Source of the DNA: Puniceicoccales bacterium
GTDB lineage: Bacteria > Verrucomicrobiota > Verrucomicrobiia > Opitutales > LL51
Direction: 5' to 3'
DNA: 34,193 bases
Assembly (NCBI GenBank): GCA_031267435.1
Contig: JAIRZB010000021.1
Span: forward strand, 1-34,193
Shown here: in pieces, positions 21,654 through 29,527 of the stretch
Layout: each line of letters starts with the position of its first letter
Position numbering within the stretch: position 1 is the stretch's first letter
Made by a program: the position numbers and the translations under genes
The notes under the pieces: generated by a model
Databases searched by the model: none
The model's input: the letters and a program-made list of their open reading frames with translations, nothing else
Told to the model about the DNA's origin: nothing

Positions 21654-22043
21654 ATGGATACAATTGGAGATTTTTTGACAGTTATTCGCAATGCAAGTAC
21701 GGCGAAAAAGCAAAGTTGTTCGGTATTCGCTTCGAATACTAGGATTGATTTGTCAAATGTTTTAAAGAAAAATGGTTTTATTCGGGATTATTCCGTTGGC
21801 GAAATCCGTCCGGGGGTGAAGGAGATTTCTTTACAATTGAAATACGTTCGCGGTACACCAGCGATTACCGGTGTGGTTCGCTGCAGTCGTCCCGGCTGTC
21901 GCCTGTACTATAGTTGCGATGCGATTCCGAATGTGTATAATAATTTAGGAATATGTATTTTGACGACGCCGAAGGGGATTTTGTCGAGCAGTGATGCGAA
22001 ACAAAATCATGTGGGTGGTGAGTTACTGTGTAAAGTTTGGTAG
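21654..22043 (+). CDS. rpsH: 30S ribosomal protein S8
   Basis: DTIGDFLTVIRNA N-terminus and GGELLCKVW C-terminus. Confidence 0.96.
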   Translation: MDTIGDFLTVIRNASTAKKQSCSVFASNTRIDLSNVLKKNGFIRDYSVGEIRPGVKEISLQLKYVRGTPAITGVVRCSRPGCRLYYSCDAIPNVYNNLGICILTTPKGILSSSDAKQNHVGGELLCKVW

Positions 22044-22052
22044 GAAAAAATT

Positions 22053-22592
22053 ATGAGCAGAATAGGAAAGTTACCCATAGCCATTCCCGGTGCGGTCAAA
22101 ATTACGGTAGCGGGCGGAAGTGTTTTCGTAAGTGGTGTGGCGGGTACGGTATCGCAATCCTTCAGTGATGCGGTTGAAATCAAGTTTGACGGGAGTATTA
22201 TCGAAGTTTTTCCGAGGGATGATTCTCGCCATGCCGCTGCAATGCACGGTACGGTTCGTGCTATTATTAACAATATGGTAAATGGAGTACAGAAGCCCTA
22301 TGTGAAGAATTTAGAAATTCAGGGTGTCGGCTTTAAGGCCATTTTAAAGGGAAATGTTTTAGATTTGGCGCTGGGATATTCGCATCCCGTGCTCTATCCT
22401 ATTCCGGAGAGTATTAAAGTGACGGTGAAGGATGGTACGGCGATTCACATTGAGGGTGCGGATAAATTTTTAGTCGGAAAAGTAGCGGCGGATATCAAGC
22501 GATTTTATCCGGTAGAGCCCTATAAAGGTAAGGGGGTGCGTATCGCGGGTGAGCGTGTGCGGCGAAAGGAAGGTAAAAAGTCTGCAAAATAG
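22053..22592 (+). CDS. rplF: 50S ribosomal protein L6
   Basis: MSRIGKLPIAIPGAVKI, VEPYKGKGVRIAGE. Confidence 0.96.
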   Translation: MSRIGKLPIAIPGAVKITVAGGSVFVSGVAGTVSQSFSDAVEIKFDGSIIEVFPRDDSRHAAAMHGTVRAIINNMVNGVQKPYVKNLEIQGVGFKAILKGNVLDLALGYSHPVLYPIPESIKVTVKDGTAIHIEGADKFLVGKVAADIKRFYPVEPYKGKGVRIAGERVRRKEGKKSAK

Positions 22593-22601
22593 GGAAGCAT
22601 T

Positions 22602-22961
22602 ATGAATTTTGATGACAAAAAGATTGTAAAAAAAAGGCGGCGGTTGCGAATTCGTAAAAACGTAATTGGGACCATTTCCCGCCCTCGCTTGTCTTTGCAT
22701 TTTAGTGGAAAGCACATCTATGCGCAGTGCATCGACGACGATTGTGGCAGAACGTTGGTTTATCGATCGACGACCGTGGAAAATGGGATACAAGGAGCAA
22801 AGGCCAATGCGAAGAGTGCCGTTGTTTTTGGTAAAATTTTTGGTGAGGCGGCGTTAAAGGCGGGAATTGTTGATGTCATTTTTGATCGGGGAACGAAGTG
22901 CTATCACGGCAAAGTAAAAGCTTTTGCCGATTCGGTACGGAGTGTTGGTCTAAGGTTTTAG
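22602..22961 (+). CDS. rplR: 50S ribosomal protein L18
   Basis: RLSLHFSGKHIYAQCIDD, FDRGTKCYHGKVKAFADSVR. Confidence 0.94.
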   Translation: MNFDDKKIVKKRRRLRIRKNVIGTISRPRLSLHFSGKHIYAQCIDDDCGRTLVYRSTTVENGIQGAKANAKSAVVFGKIFGEAALKAGIVDVIFDRGTKCYHGKVKAFADSVRSVGLRF

Positions 22962-22966
22962 TTTCT

Positions 22967-23521
22967 ATGAATAGTGTTAATTTAGAAGTTAATAGGCAGT
23001 CACGGACAACGAGGCAATTCGATCGACAGAGCGAAGCCAATCGTTTGATGGACAAGGTTGTTTTCATTAATCGTTGTGCCAAAGTGGTAAAAGGTGGGCG
23101 TCGTTTTAGTTTTTCGGCTTTGGTTGTTGCGGGAGATGGTGCAGGACGTGTCGGAATTGGCTTAGGTAAAGCGAAGGAGACACCTGACGCAGTAAAAAAG
23201 GCGGTTGAACAGGCGAAGAAGAATTTGCGGCGCTATCCAATTGCGGGTCATACAATTCCTCACGATGTGGTTGGCGCCTCCGATGGAGGATTGGTGATGT
23301 TACGGCCTGCGGCTCCAGGAGCGGGTATCGTGGCAGGAGGTGGCGTACGTTTAGTACTCGAGGTACTAGGTGTAAGCGATGTGCTATCGAAGTCAATGGG
23401 ATCGAATAATCCTTTTGCGATGGTATATGCAACTTTGGATGCATTAGGCAAGCTGCGGTCGTATCCGGAAGTGATGGCGTTACGACGGGGAGAAGCGGAT
23501 AGGGAAGGGAGCTTAGGGTGA
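22967..23521 (+). CDS. rpsE: 30S ribosomal protein S5 (184 aa)
   Basis: VVKGGRRFSFSALVVAGDGAGRVGIGLGKAKE, GAGIVAGGGVRLVLEVLG. Start trimmed to ATG 22967, 5 nt after the rplR stop. Confidence 0.96.
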   Translation: MNSVNLEVNRQSRTTRQFDRQSEANRLMDKVVFINRCAKVVKGGRRFSFSALVVAGDGAGRVGIGLGKAKETPDAVKKAVEQAKKNLRRYPIAGHTIPHDVVGASDGGLVMLRPAAPGAGIVAGGGVRLVLEVLGVSDVLSKSMGSNNPFAMVYATLDALGKLRSYPEVMALRRGEADREGSLG

Positions 23522-23720
23522 AATTAATTCAAGCGGATACAAATTGTTCGGCGAAGCGGTGTACGTTTAGTGCTCGCGGTGTTGAATGCCGGTGGTGTGT
23601 TGTTATGGGCAAAGGGATCGAACGATTCTTTTGCGATGGTGCTTGGATGGTTCGGTAAGCTTATATCCGGAAGTGATGGTGTTATCAGGGAATGAAGCGG
23701 ACATAAAATAGGAGTTTACG
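23518..23720 (+). pseudogene. Degenerate centre of a tandem duplication: rplO 5' fragment (23518-23560) fused to an rpsE 3' fragment (23561-23720)
   Basis: Hand alignments. 23561-23640 vs rpsE 23345-23424 gives 57/80 identical, ungapped. 23664-23703 vs 23462-23501 gives 32/40, including a 16/16 run TATCCGGAAGTGATGG. 23518-23560 vs rplO 23721-23772 gives 31/43 with one 9-nt gap. The rpsE-like frame reads VRLVLAVLNAGGVLLWAKGSNDSFAMVLGWFGKL, then loses frame. Confidence 0.8.
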
Positions 23721-24170
23721 GTGAAGTTACATAATTTAATTCGAGTGGGTACGAATCGTCCATCTAGGCGGCGTGGTCGTGGCCAGGGTAGTGGCCAAGG
23801 CGGAACGGCGGGGCGTGGCCATAAGGGTGGCAAAGCACGTTCGGGGTACAGTCCAGCGCCCTGCTGCTGTGGTATTCCTTACTACCGTCGTTTGCCGATG
23901 CGTGGTTTTAATAACAGTATTTCCAGGATTCGTTTCATGGGTATTAATCTCGACGCATTGGAAGAATTAGCGTCGAACCACAGTACGATCAATCGGGATG
24001 TATTGGTTGAAGCGGATGTGATTAGGGAGCGTGATGGATTGGTGAAAATTTTAGGGAATGGAAAATTAACAAAAGCGGTTACGGTTATTGCGGATAAATT
24101 TTCAAAAGTAGCGAAACAGAAAATTGAAATGGCTGGTGGTTCTATCGTTGAATTGGCTTCGAATGGGTGA
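23721..24170 (+). CDS. rplO: 50S ribosomal protein L15 (GTG start)
   Basis: GRGQGSGQGGTAGRGHKG and YRRLPMRGF. SD GGAG at 23711-23714, 6 nt upstream of GTG 23721. Confidence 0.95.
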   Translation: MKLHNLIRVGTNRPSRRRGRGQGSGQGGTAGRGHKGGKARSGYSPAPCCCGIPYYRRLPMRGFNNSISRIRFMGINLDALEELASNHSTINRDVLVEADVIRERDGLVKILGNGKLTKAVTVIADKFSKVAKQKIEMAGGSIVELASNG

Positions 24171-24176
24171 GATTAC

Positions 24177-25670
24177 ATGTTTTCAGCATTTTTAAATTGT
24201 TTAAAGATACAGGAATTGCGTAATAAGATTGTTTTTACGTTTTCTGTATTATTTATTGCACGCATAGGGGCGAGCATTCCTTTGCCCGGGCTTGATCCCA
24301 AGCCTTTGCATGATTTTTTCATGACGCAGCGAGGATCGGGGAGCAGCCTTGTTGGGATGTACAATATGTTCACCGGTGGAGCGTTTTTGAAGGGTGCAAT
24401 TTTTGGTCTAGGCGTGATGCCCTATATTAGTGCGTCGATTATTTTGCAATTATTAGCGGCAGTTGCACCAAGCATCGCACGTATTCAACGGGAACAGAAT
24501 GGTCGGCAGCGAATTGCGCAATATACGCGTTATTTAACATTGGCAATTTGTTTAATTCAGGGGATATTGTTGGTTCTAGCGCTTTCGAATTATCCAGAAA
24601 AAATATTTCCCGGGTTTGATCGTTCCGTATATGGCGATATAGTGGTGATGGGTCGCGGTTGGTTTTTACTGAATTCGACAATTATTTTGACGGCTGGTAC
24701 GATGATTTTGACGTGGTTTGGCGATCGTATTACGCAATTGGGCGTGGGAAATGGCGTATCGCTTTTAATTACGGCGGGTATTTTATCATCGTTGCCGGGG
24801 GCAGTAATGCAGGTTTTTGAGATGTTTACGCGGCCGATTGGAGCCGAGTCGGCGGCAATGGGAGTGCCTCATTTATTGCTGATGTTAATACTATTGGTGG
24901 TTGTGATCTATAGCATGGTGGCAGTGACGCAGGCGACGCGAAAAATTCCAGTGCAATATGCGCGCCGTGTCGTTGGCCGCAAAATGATGGGTGGACAAAA
25001 TTCTTTTTTGCCATTAAAAGTCAACTATGCGGGTGTGATGCCGGTTATTTTTGCGAGCACGCTGATTATGTTTCCGCAGCAAATTTTTACTTACATTGCG
25101 GGAGCATGGAATGTGCCATTTTGTGCACGCATTGCGAATGCGTTAATGCACGGATCGACAATGTTTTACATCATTTACGGCGTATTGATTTTGTGTTTTA
25201 GTTATTTTTGGGTTTCGATTATGTTCAAGCCCATGCAAATTGCGGAGGATTTAAAGAAAAGTGGTGGCTATATTCCTGGGATTCGTCCGGGAAATGATAC
25301 GGCAGATTTTCTCGATTTTTCGATGACGCGACTGACCCTGGCGGGGGCGATTTTTTTGACAATAGTGGCCCTGTTGCCGGATTTGATTTCGATTTATTTT
25401 GGTATACCTTATACGATTTCGATGTTTTTCGGTGGAACGGGAACACTTATTACGGTAGGTGTGATTTTAGATACAATGCGACAGATGGAAGTGCAGCTAT
25501 TGGAACGCAACTACGATGGATTTTTGCAAAAAGGGAAGGTTCGTACGCGTGGGACTAGGGATAGATTTAATTTTGCTGAATTAGTGGAATCTTGCAAAAA
25601 AATAAAAATAGTACTTTTAGTCTTAGGATGTCTTTTAATTATTGGCTTTATAAGTTTGTTATTGAAATAG
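24177..25670 (+). CDS. secY: Preprotein translocase subunit SecY (497 aa, with C-terminal extension)
   Basis: GVMPYISASIILQLL, GNGVSLLI, multiple hydrophobic helices. Canonical C-terminal ...LLERNYDGFLQKGKVRTRG is followed by about 38 extra residues. Confidence 0.96.
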   Translation: MFSAFLNCLKIQELRNKIVFTFSVLFIARIGASIPLPGLDPKPLHDFFMTQRGSGSSLVGMYNMFTGGAFLKGAIFGLGVMPYISASIILQLLAAVAPSIARIQREQNGRQRIAQYTRYLTLAICLIQGILLVLALSNYPEKIFPGFDRSVYGDIVVMGRGWFLLNSTIILTAGTMILTWFGDRITQLGVGNGVSLLITAGILSSLPGAVMQVFEMFTRPIGAESAAMGVPHLLLMLILLVVVIYSMVAVTQATRKIPVQYARRVVGRKMMGGQNSFLPLKVNYAGVMPVIFASTLIMFPQQIFTYIAGAWNVPFCARIANALMHGSTMFYIIYGVLILCFSYFWVSIMFKPMQIAEDLKKSGGYIPGIRPGNDTADFLDFSMTRLTLAGAIFLTIVALLPDLISIYFGIPYTISMFFGGTGTLITVGVILDTMRQMEVQLLERNYDGFLQKGKVRTRGTRDRFNFAELVESCKKIKIVLLVLGCLLIIGFISLLLK

Positions 25671-25676
25671 TTGTCT

Positions 25677-26444
25677 ATGATTCCCATAAAAAGTTTGGAA
25701 GAAATTGAAAAGATGCGTCATGCGGGGGCGGTTTCTGCGGCTGTTTTGGAGGAGGTGTGCAATCATATTACCGCCGGGATTTCTACGGCTGAACTGGATA
25801 ATTTTGCAAAAGAAGTAATGGAACGCTATGGCGTGAGAAGTGCAACTTTTGGGTTTCGTTCGGGCAAGCGAGTTTTTCCGGGATACGGTTGTTGGTCCAT
25901 CAACGATGAAATTGTTCATGGGCTGCCGTCGGAAAAAAAAGTATTGCAGGATGGCGATATTATTAGCGTTGATTTGGCAATGCATGTTGATGGTTTTGTC
26001 GGCGATAATACGCGGACAGTTGCAATTGGCGCAATAAAACTTGAAGTGCAGCATTTAATCGATATGACCTATGAGGCTTTATTGGCTGGAATTAATGCCG
26101 CAAGGCCCGGGAATACGGTGGGTCACATTTCGGCTGCCATCCAACGTTACGGAGATGAGAATAGGTTGGGTATTGTGCGTGAATTGGTCGGGCATGGTAT
26201 TGGTCGCGAAATGCATGAAGATCCGCAGGTTCCCAATTACGGTGTTGCGGGTCAAGGTCCCGTTTTAAAGTCAGGAATGACCCTGGCAATTGAGCCGATG
26301 TTTACGTTGGGAAGCGAAAAAGTTTCCACGAATCCCGATGGTTGGACCATTCGTACCGTTGATGGTTCTTGGGCTGCCCATTGGGAGCATACCGTACTTA
26401 TTACGGATAGTTTACCAGAAATCTTGACTTTGTTGAAAAAATGA
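25677..26444 (+). CDS. map: Type I methionine aminopeptidase
   Basis: Metal-ligand contexts DIISVDLAMHVDGFVGDNTRT, GHGIGREMHEDPQVPNY, LAIEPM, WEHTVLIT. ATG 25677 preferred to TTG 25671. Confidence 0.95.
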   Translation: MIPIKSLEEIEKMRHAGAVSAAVLEEVCNHITAGISTAELDNFAKEVMERYGVRSATFGFRSGKRVFPGYGCWSINDEIVHGLPSEKKVLQDGDIISVDLAMHVDGFVGDNTRTVAIGAIKLEVQHLIDMTYEALLAGINAARPGNTVGHISAAIQRYGDENRLGIVRELVGHGIGREMHEDPQVPNYGVAGQGPVLKSGMTLAIEPMFTLGSEKVSTNPDGWTIRTVDGSWAAHWEHTVLITDSLPEILTLLKK

Positions 26445-26481
26445 TTTTCAAAAACCATGTATTTGTGAGGGATAAATAATT

Positions 26482-26856
26482 ATGCCACGTTTAATTGGAG
26501 TAGATATTCCGAATAATAAGAAGTTGCCCTATGCCTTGCGGTATATTTATGGTATTGGGCCTTGTCGTGCGGATTTAATTGTGGAGCAGACGGGACTCAA
26601 TCCGGATATGCGGGCGCAGGATTTGACGGAGGAAAATATTAATAAAATTACCGCCGTTATTATCGAAAATGGATGGAAGGTTGAGGGGGATTTGCGCCGG
26701 GAAATTGCTTCGAATTTGAAGCGTTTGCAAGCGATTAAGTGTTACCGCGGCATTCGTCATTACCGCGGACTGCCGGTGCGCGGTCAAAGGACTTCGACCA
26801 ATGCCCGTACGCGTAAGGGGGCAAGAAAAACTATCGGTGTGATTAGAAAGAAATAG
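26482..26856 (+). CDS. rpsM: 30S ribosomal protein S13
   Basis: [40 protein letters not shown]. Confidence 0.97.
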   Translation: MPRLIGVDIPNNKKLPYALRYIYGIGPCRADLIVEQTGLNPDMRAQDLTEENINKITAVIIENGWKVEGDLRREIASNLKRLQAIKCYRGIRHYRGLPVRGQRTSTNARTRKGARKTIGVIRKK

Positions 26857-26860
26857 CGAT

Positions 26861-27346
26861 ATGGCAGAAGATTTGGAGTTAAAAAATTCATCCCATGGGC
26901 AGGCAGCGGAAATCGTTGATAAGCCGAAAGCGTCGGTGCAAGATATTTTGAACGACGGCGAAGCGGAGGTAAAAATTCGCAAGGCGAAAAATAGTAAGAA
27001 TGTTTCACGCGGCATTTGCAGTATTTTGGCGACATTTAACAACACAAAGGTTTGTTTTACGGATTTGCAGGGTAATGTGGTTTCTTGGTCGAGTTCGGGT
27101 AAGTGTAATTTTCGTGGTTCGCGGAAGTCGACGGCTTATGCGTCTCAGGTCGTGACGCAGGAAGCGGGGCGTGTAGCAATTTCGCATGGATTCAAAGAAG
27201 TTGAGGTAAGGGTAAAGGGTCCTGGCATGGGACGTGATGCGGCGATCCGCGCCTTACAATCTTTAGGTTTGACGGTCAATACGATTACGGATACGACGCC
27301 CGTTCCACACAATGGTTGTCGCCCTCGTAAGCGAAGGAGAATATAA
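26861..27346 (+). CDS. rpsK: 30S ribosomal protein S11 (161 aa, about 30-aa N-terminal extension)
   Basis: [41 protein letters not shown]. Confidence 0.96.
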   Translation: MAEDLELKNSSHGQAAEIVDKPKASVQDILNDGEAEVKIRKAKNSKNVSRGICSILATFNNTKVCFTDLQGNVVSWSSSGKCNFRGSRKSTAYASQVVTQEAGRVAISHGFKEVEVRVKGPGMGRDAAIRALQSLGLTVNTITDTTPVPHNGCRPRKRRRI

Positions 27347-27364
27347 TCTTAAATTTTTAAAAAT

Positions 27365-27973
27365 ATGTCTCGGTATACAGGTCCCAAAGCTAGAATTAAT
27401 AGGCGTTTCAATTGTGAAATTTTTCCTTCATGTAAGGCGGTTGAACGCAAGCCGTATTTCCCTGGAATTCACGGTCCGAGGTTGCGTCGCAAAGTTTCCG
27501 AATACGGAATAGGGCTCAATGAAAAACAAAAATTGCGCTATATGTATGGATTGACGGAAAGGCAGTTCCGTTTAACATTTAATGCGGCAAAGTCGGAACG
27601 TGGCGTAACGAGCGAGCTGTTTATGCGACTTTTGGAAATGCGTTTGGATAGTGTGGTATATTTACTGGGATTTGCGCGGACGCGTCGGGCAGCACGCCAG
27701 TTAGTGTGCCATGGGCACATAATGGTTAATAATTTAAAAGTTGATATTCCTAGCTATCGATGTTCGGTAGGAAATGTAATCGGTGTCTATGCTCACAATT
27801 CTTCAAAAAAGTATGTGATGCAGAGTCTTGATGATTGCCGCTATCGCGCAGCTCCTGTGTGGATGACCCTTGATTCGGCTGCTATGAAAGGGAAGATTGA
27901 ACGGGAGCCAATTGCGGAAGAGTTGGAACAAAAGATTAATGGTCAGTTAATCGTTGAATTTTATAGTCGTTAA
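27365..27973 (+). CDS. rpsD: 30S ribosomal protein S4
   Basis: MSRYTGPKARINRR. S4 domain RLDSVVYLLGFARTRRAARQLVCHGHIMVN. Confidence 0.96.
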   Translation: MSRYTGPKARINRRFNCEIFPSCKAVERKPYFPGIHGPRLRRKVSEYGIGLNEKQKLRYMYGLTERQFRLTFNAAKSERGVTSELFMRLLEMRLDSVVYLLGFARTRRAARQLVCHGHIMVNNLKVDIPSYRCSVGNVIGVYAHNSSKKYVMQSLDDCRYRAAPVWMTLDSAAMKGKIEREPIAEELEQKINGQLIVEFYSR

Positions 27974-27985
27974 ATTGGAGTCGCT

Positions 27986-28972
27986 ATGGTTAGACGTTTA
28001 GGAAAGTTTGAGTTGCCAAAGAAGATGGTGCGCGTTGAGGAAACGGCCACCGATACCTATGGAATGTTTATTGCGGAGCCCTTCGAATCCGGTTATGGCC
28101 ATAGTATCGGTAATTCTTTGCGCCGGGTACTTTTGTGTTCCATCGAAGCTGTGGCGGTTTCTTCGGTGAAAATTGCTGGTGTTGCTCACGAGTTCCAGTC
28201 GATACCTGGAGTGGTTGAGGATGTTGTGAGTATTGTGCTTAATTTGAAAAAAGTTTTATTAAAATCCAGTTCGCGCGATACAATCAAATTGGTCATCGAT
28301 GTTGAGCGTGAAGGAGTGGTAACGGCAGCTGATATTAGGGGAAATGTTTCGATTGAAATTGTTAATCCGGAACAAGTCATTTGTACGATCAATGAGAAAC
28401 GTCATCTGCTAATGGAGATGGAAGCGGAAATTGGCCGTGGTTATGCTTTGGCCGATGATCGAAAATTCACAACGGAAATTGGCATAATTCCGATTGATGC
28501 TTTATATAGCCCAGTGAAGTTGGCGCGCTATTCCGTTGAGGATACGCGGGTCGGCCAAATGACAGATTTTGATAAATTGATTTTGGAAATTTGGACGGAT
28601 GGTAGGGTAAAGCCGGAAGATGCGCTCAAGGATTCTATCGCAATTCTGAGACGGCATTTGGAAATATTTGATTCAATTAACAATGAGATGGTTGAATTTG
28701 AAGATGGTGCACGTCAGGCCAACGATGAACAAAATCGCCTGAGAATTTTGCTTAACATGAGTGTAAATGAGATCGAGCTGTCGGTACGTGCGGCAAATTG
28801 TTTAAATAATGCGAATATTACGACCGTTGGTGAGTTGGTCATGAAAGGCGAAAATGATATGTTAAAATATCGGAATTTTGGTAAAAAATCCTTAACGGAA
28901 ATCAAAAATAAGCTGGAAGAATTAGGGCTGTCCCTAGGGATGAAAGTCGATGAGCATATGCTAAGTTGTTAA
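27986..28972 (+). CDS. rpoA: DNA-directed RNA polymerase subunit alpha
   Basis: NTD GHSIGNSLRRVLL. CTD helix-hairpin-helix ELSVRAANCLNNANITTVGELV. Confidence 0.97.
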   Translation: MVRRLGKFELPKKMVRVEETATDTYGMFIAEPFESGYGHSIGNSLRRVLLCSIEAVAVSSVKIAGVAHEFQSIPGVVEDVVSIVLNLKKVLLKSSSRDTIKLVIDVEREGVVTAADIRGNVSIEIVNPEQVICTINEKRHLLMEMEAEIGRGYALADDRKFTTEIGIIPIDALYSPVKLARYSVEDTRVGQMTDFDKLILEIWTDGRVKPEDALKDSIAILRRHLEIFDSINNEMVEFEDGARQANDEQNRLRILLNMSVNEIELSVRAANCLNNANITTVGELVMKGENDMLKYRNFGKKSLTEIKNKLEELGLSLGMKVDEHMLSC

Positions 28973-28989
28973 TCTTTAATGGAGAAAAA

Positions 28990-29466
28990 ATGCGTCACAA
29001 TAAACATAATCATATTTTGGGAGTTAAGAAAGAGCATCGTAAAGCGTTGCTTGCGAATTTGGCGACGGCGCTTATTACCCATGGAAGAATTAAGACGACT
29101 CTAGCAAAGGCAAAGGCGTTAAGGCCTTTTATTGAGCAGGTTATTACGCTTGCAAAGCGGGCAAATCGGAGTGAAATTGGAGAACAAAAATTGCATTTTC
29201 GCCGTTTAGCGATTGCACGCGTGCGCGATGTAACTGCGGTGGGGATGCTATTTAATGAAAAAGTTTCGGAATTTTTGAAGCGCGATGGTGGGTATGCGCG
29301 CATTTATAAATTGGTACCGCGCCGCGGCGATGCGAGTAAAATGGCCATTATTGAATTGATTGCCGCCGATGATGTGGGTTACAAAAAGGCGAGGAAAAGA
29401 AAGACGAAGAAGGTTGGAATTCGCAGGAATACGGTTAAACGAGAGCCTGCTCTAAGTGCGAGTTAA
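28990..29466 (+). CDS. rplQ: 50S ribosomal protein L17 (158 aa)
   Basis: MRHNKHNHILGVKKEHRKALLANL, GGYARIYKL. SD GGAG at 28981-28984. The ORF-track start 28966 overlaps rpoA. Confidence 0.95.
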   Translation: MRHNKHNHILGVKKEHRKALLANLATALITHGRIKTTLAKAKALRPFIEQVITLAKRANRSEIGEQKLHFRRLAIARVRDVTAVGMLFNEKVSEFLKRDGGYARIYKLVPRRGDASKMAIIELIAADDVGYKKARKRKTKKVGIRRNTVKREPALSAS

Positions 29467-29497
29467 TCGTAGTTATGATTTTGGAAAAAGTTTGATG

Positions 29498-29527
29498 TCC
29501 CGTAATGAATAATTATGGGATTTTTTT
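29498..29527 (+). terminator. Rho-independent terminator closing the alpha/ribosomal block
   Basis: TCCCGTAAT (29498-29506) pairs with ATTATGGGA (29512-29520). 9 bp including one G-U. 5-nt loop GAATA, then seven T (29521-29527). Confidence 0.7.

Noticed and set aside
23522-23720. Looked for a hidden or divergent rpmD (L30) in the rpsE-rplO spacer.
   Set aside because: No + strand frame gives an L30-like peptide. The spacer is explained instead by homology to the flanking rpsE 3' and rplO 5' sequences.
23603-23833. 76-aa minus-strand ORF (MPPLWPRPAVPPWPLPWPRPRR...) covering part of the rpsE-rplO spacer and the rplO 5' end.
   Set aside because: Its P/W/R-rich sequence is simply the reverse complement of the Gly/Arg-rich N-terminus of L15. 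There is no start context, so it is not a candidate occupant of the spacer.
236-23970. Same-strand out-of-frame nested ORFs (for example 236-523, 13328-13528, 16821-17030, 17731-17979, 22666-22857, 23773-23970).
   Set aside because: Each lies wholly inside a strongly supported conserved gene in another frame. None shows start signals or recognisable motifs.
25659-27045. Minus-strand ORFs 25659-26054 (131 aa) and 26575-27045 (156 aa), antisense to map and rpsM/rpsK. Similar antisense ORFs lie in fusA (14298-14726) and rplJ (3089-3427).
   Set aside because: These are shadow ORFs of well-supported + strand genes, and no independent signals are present.
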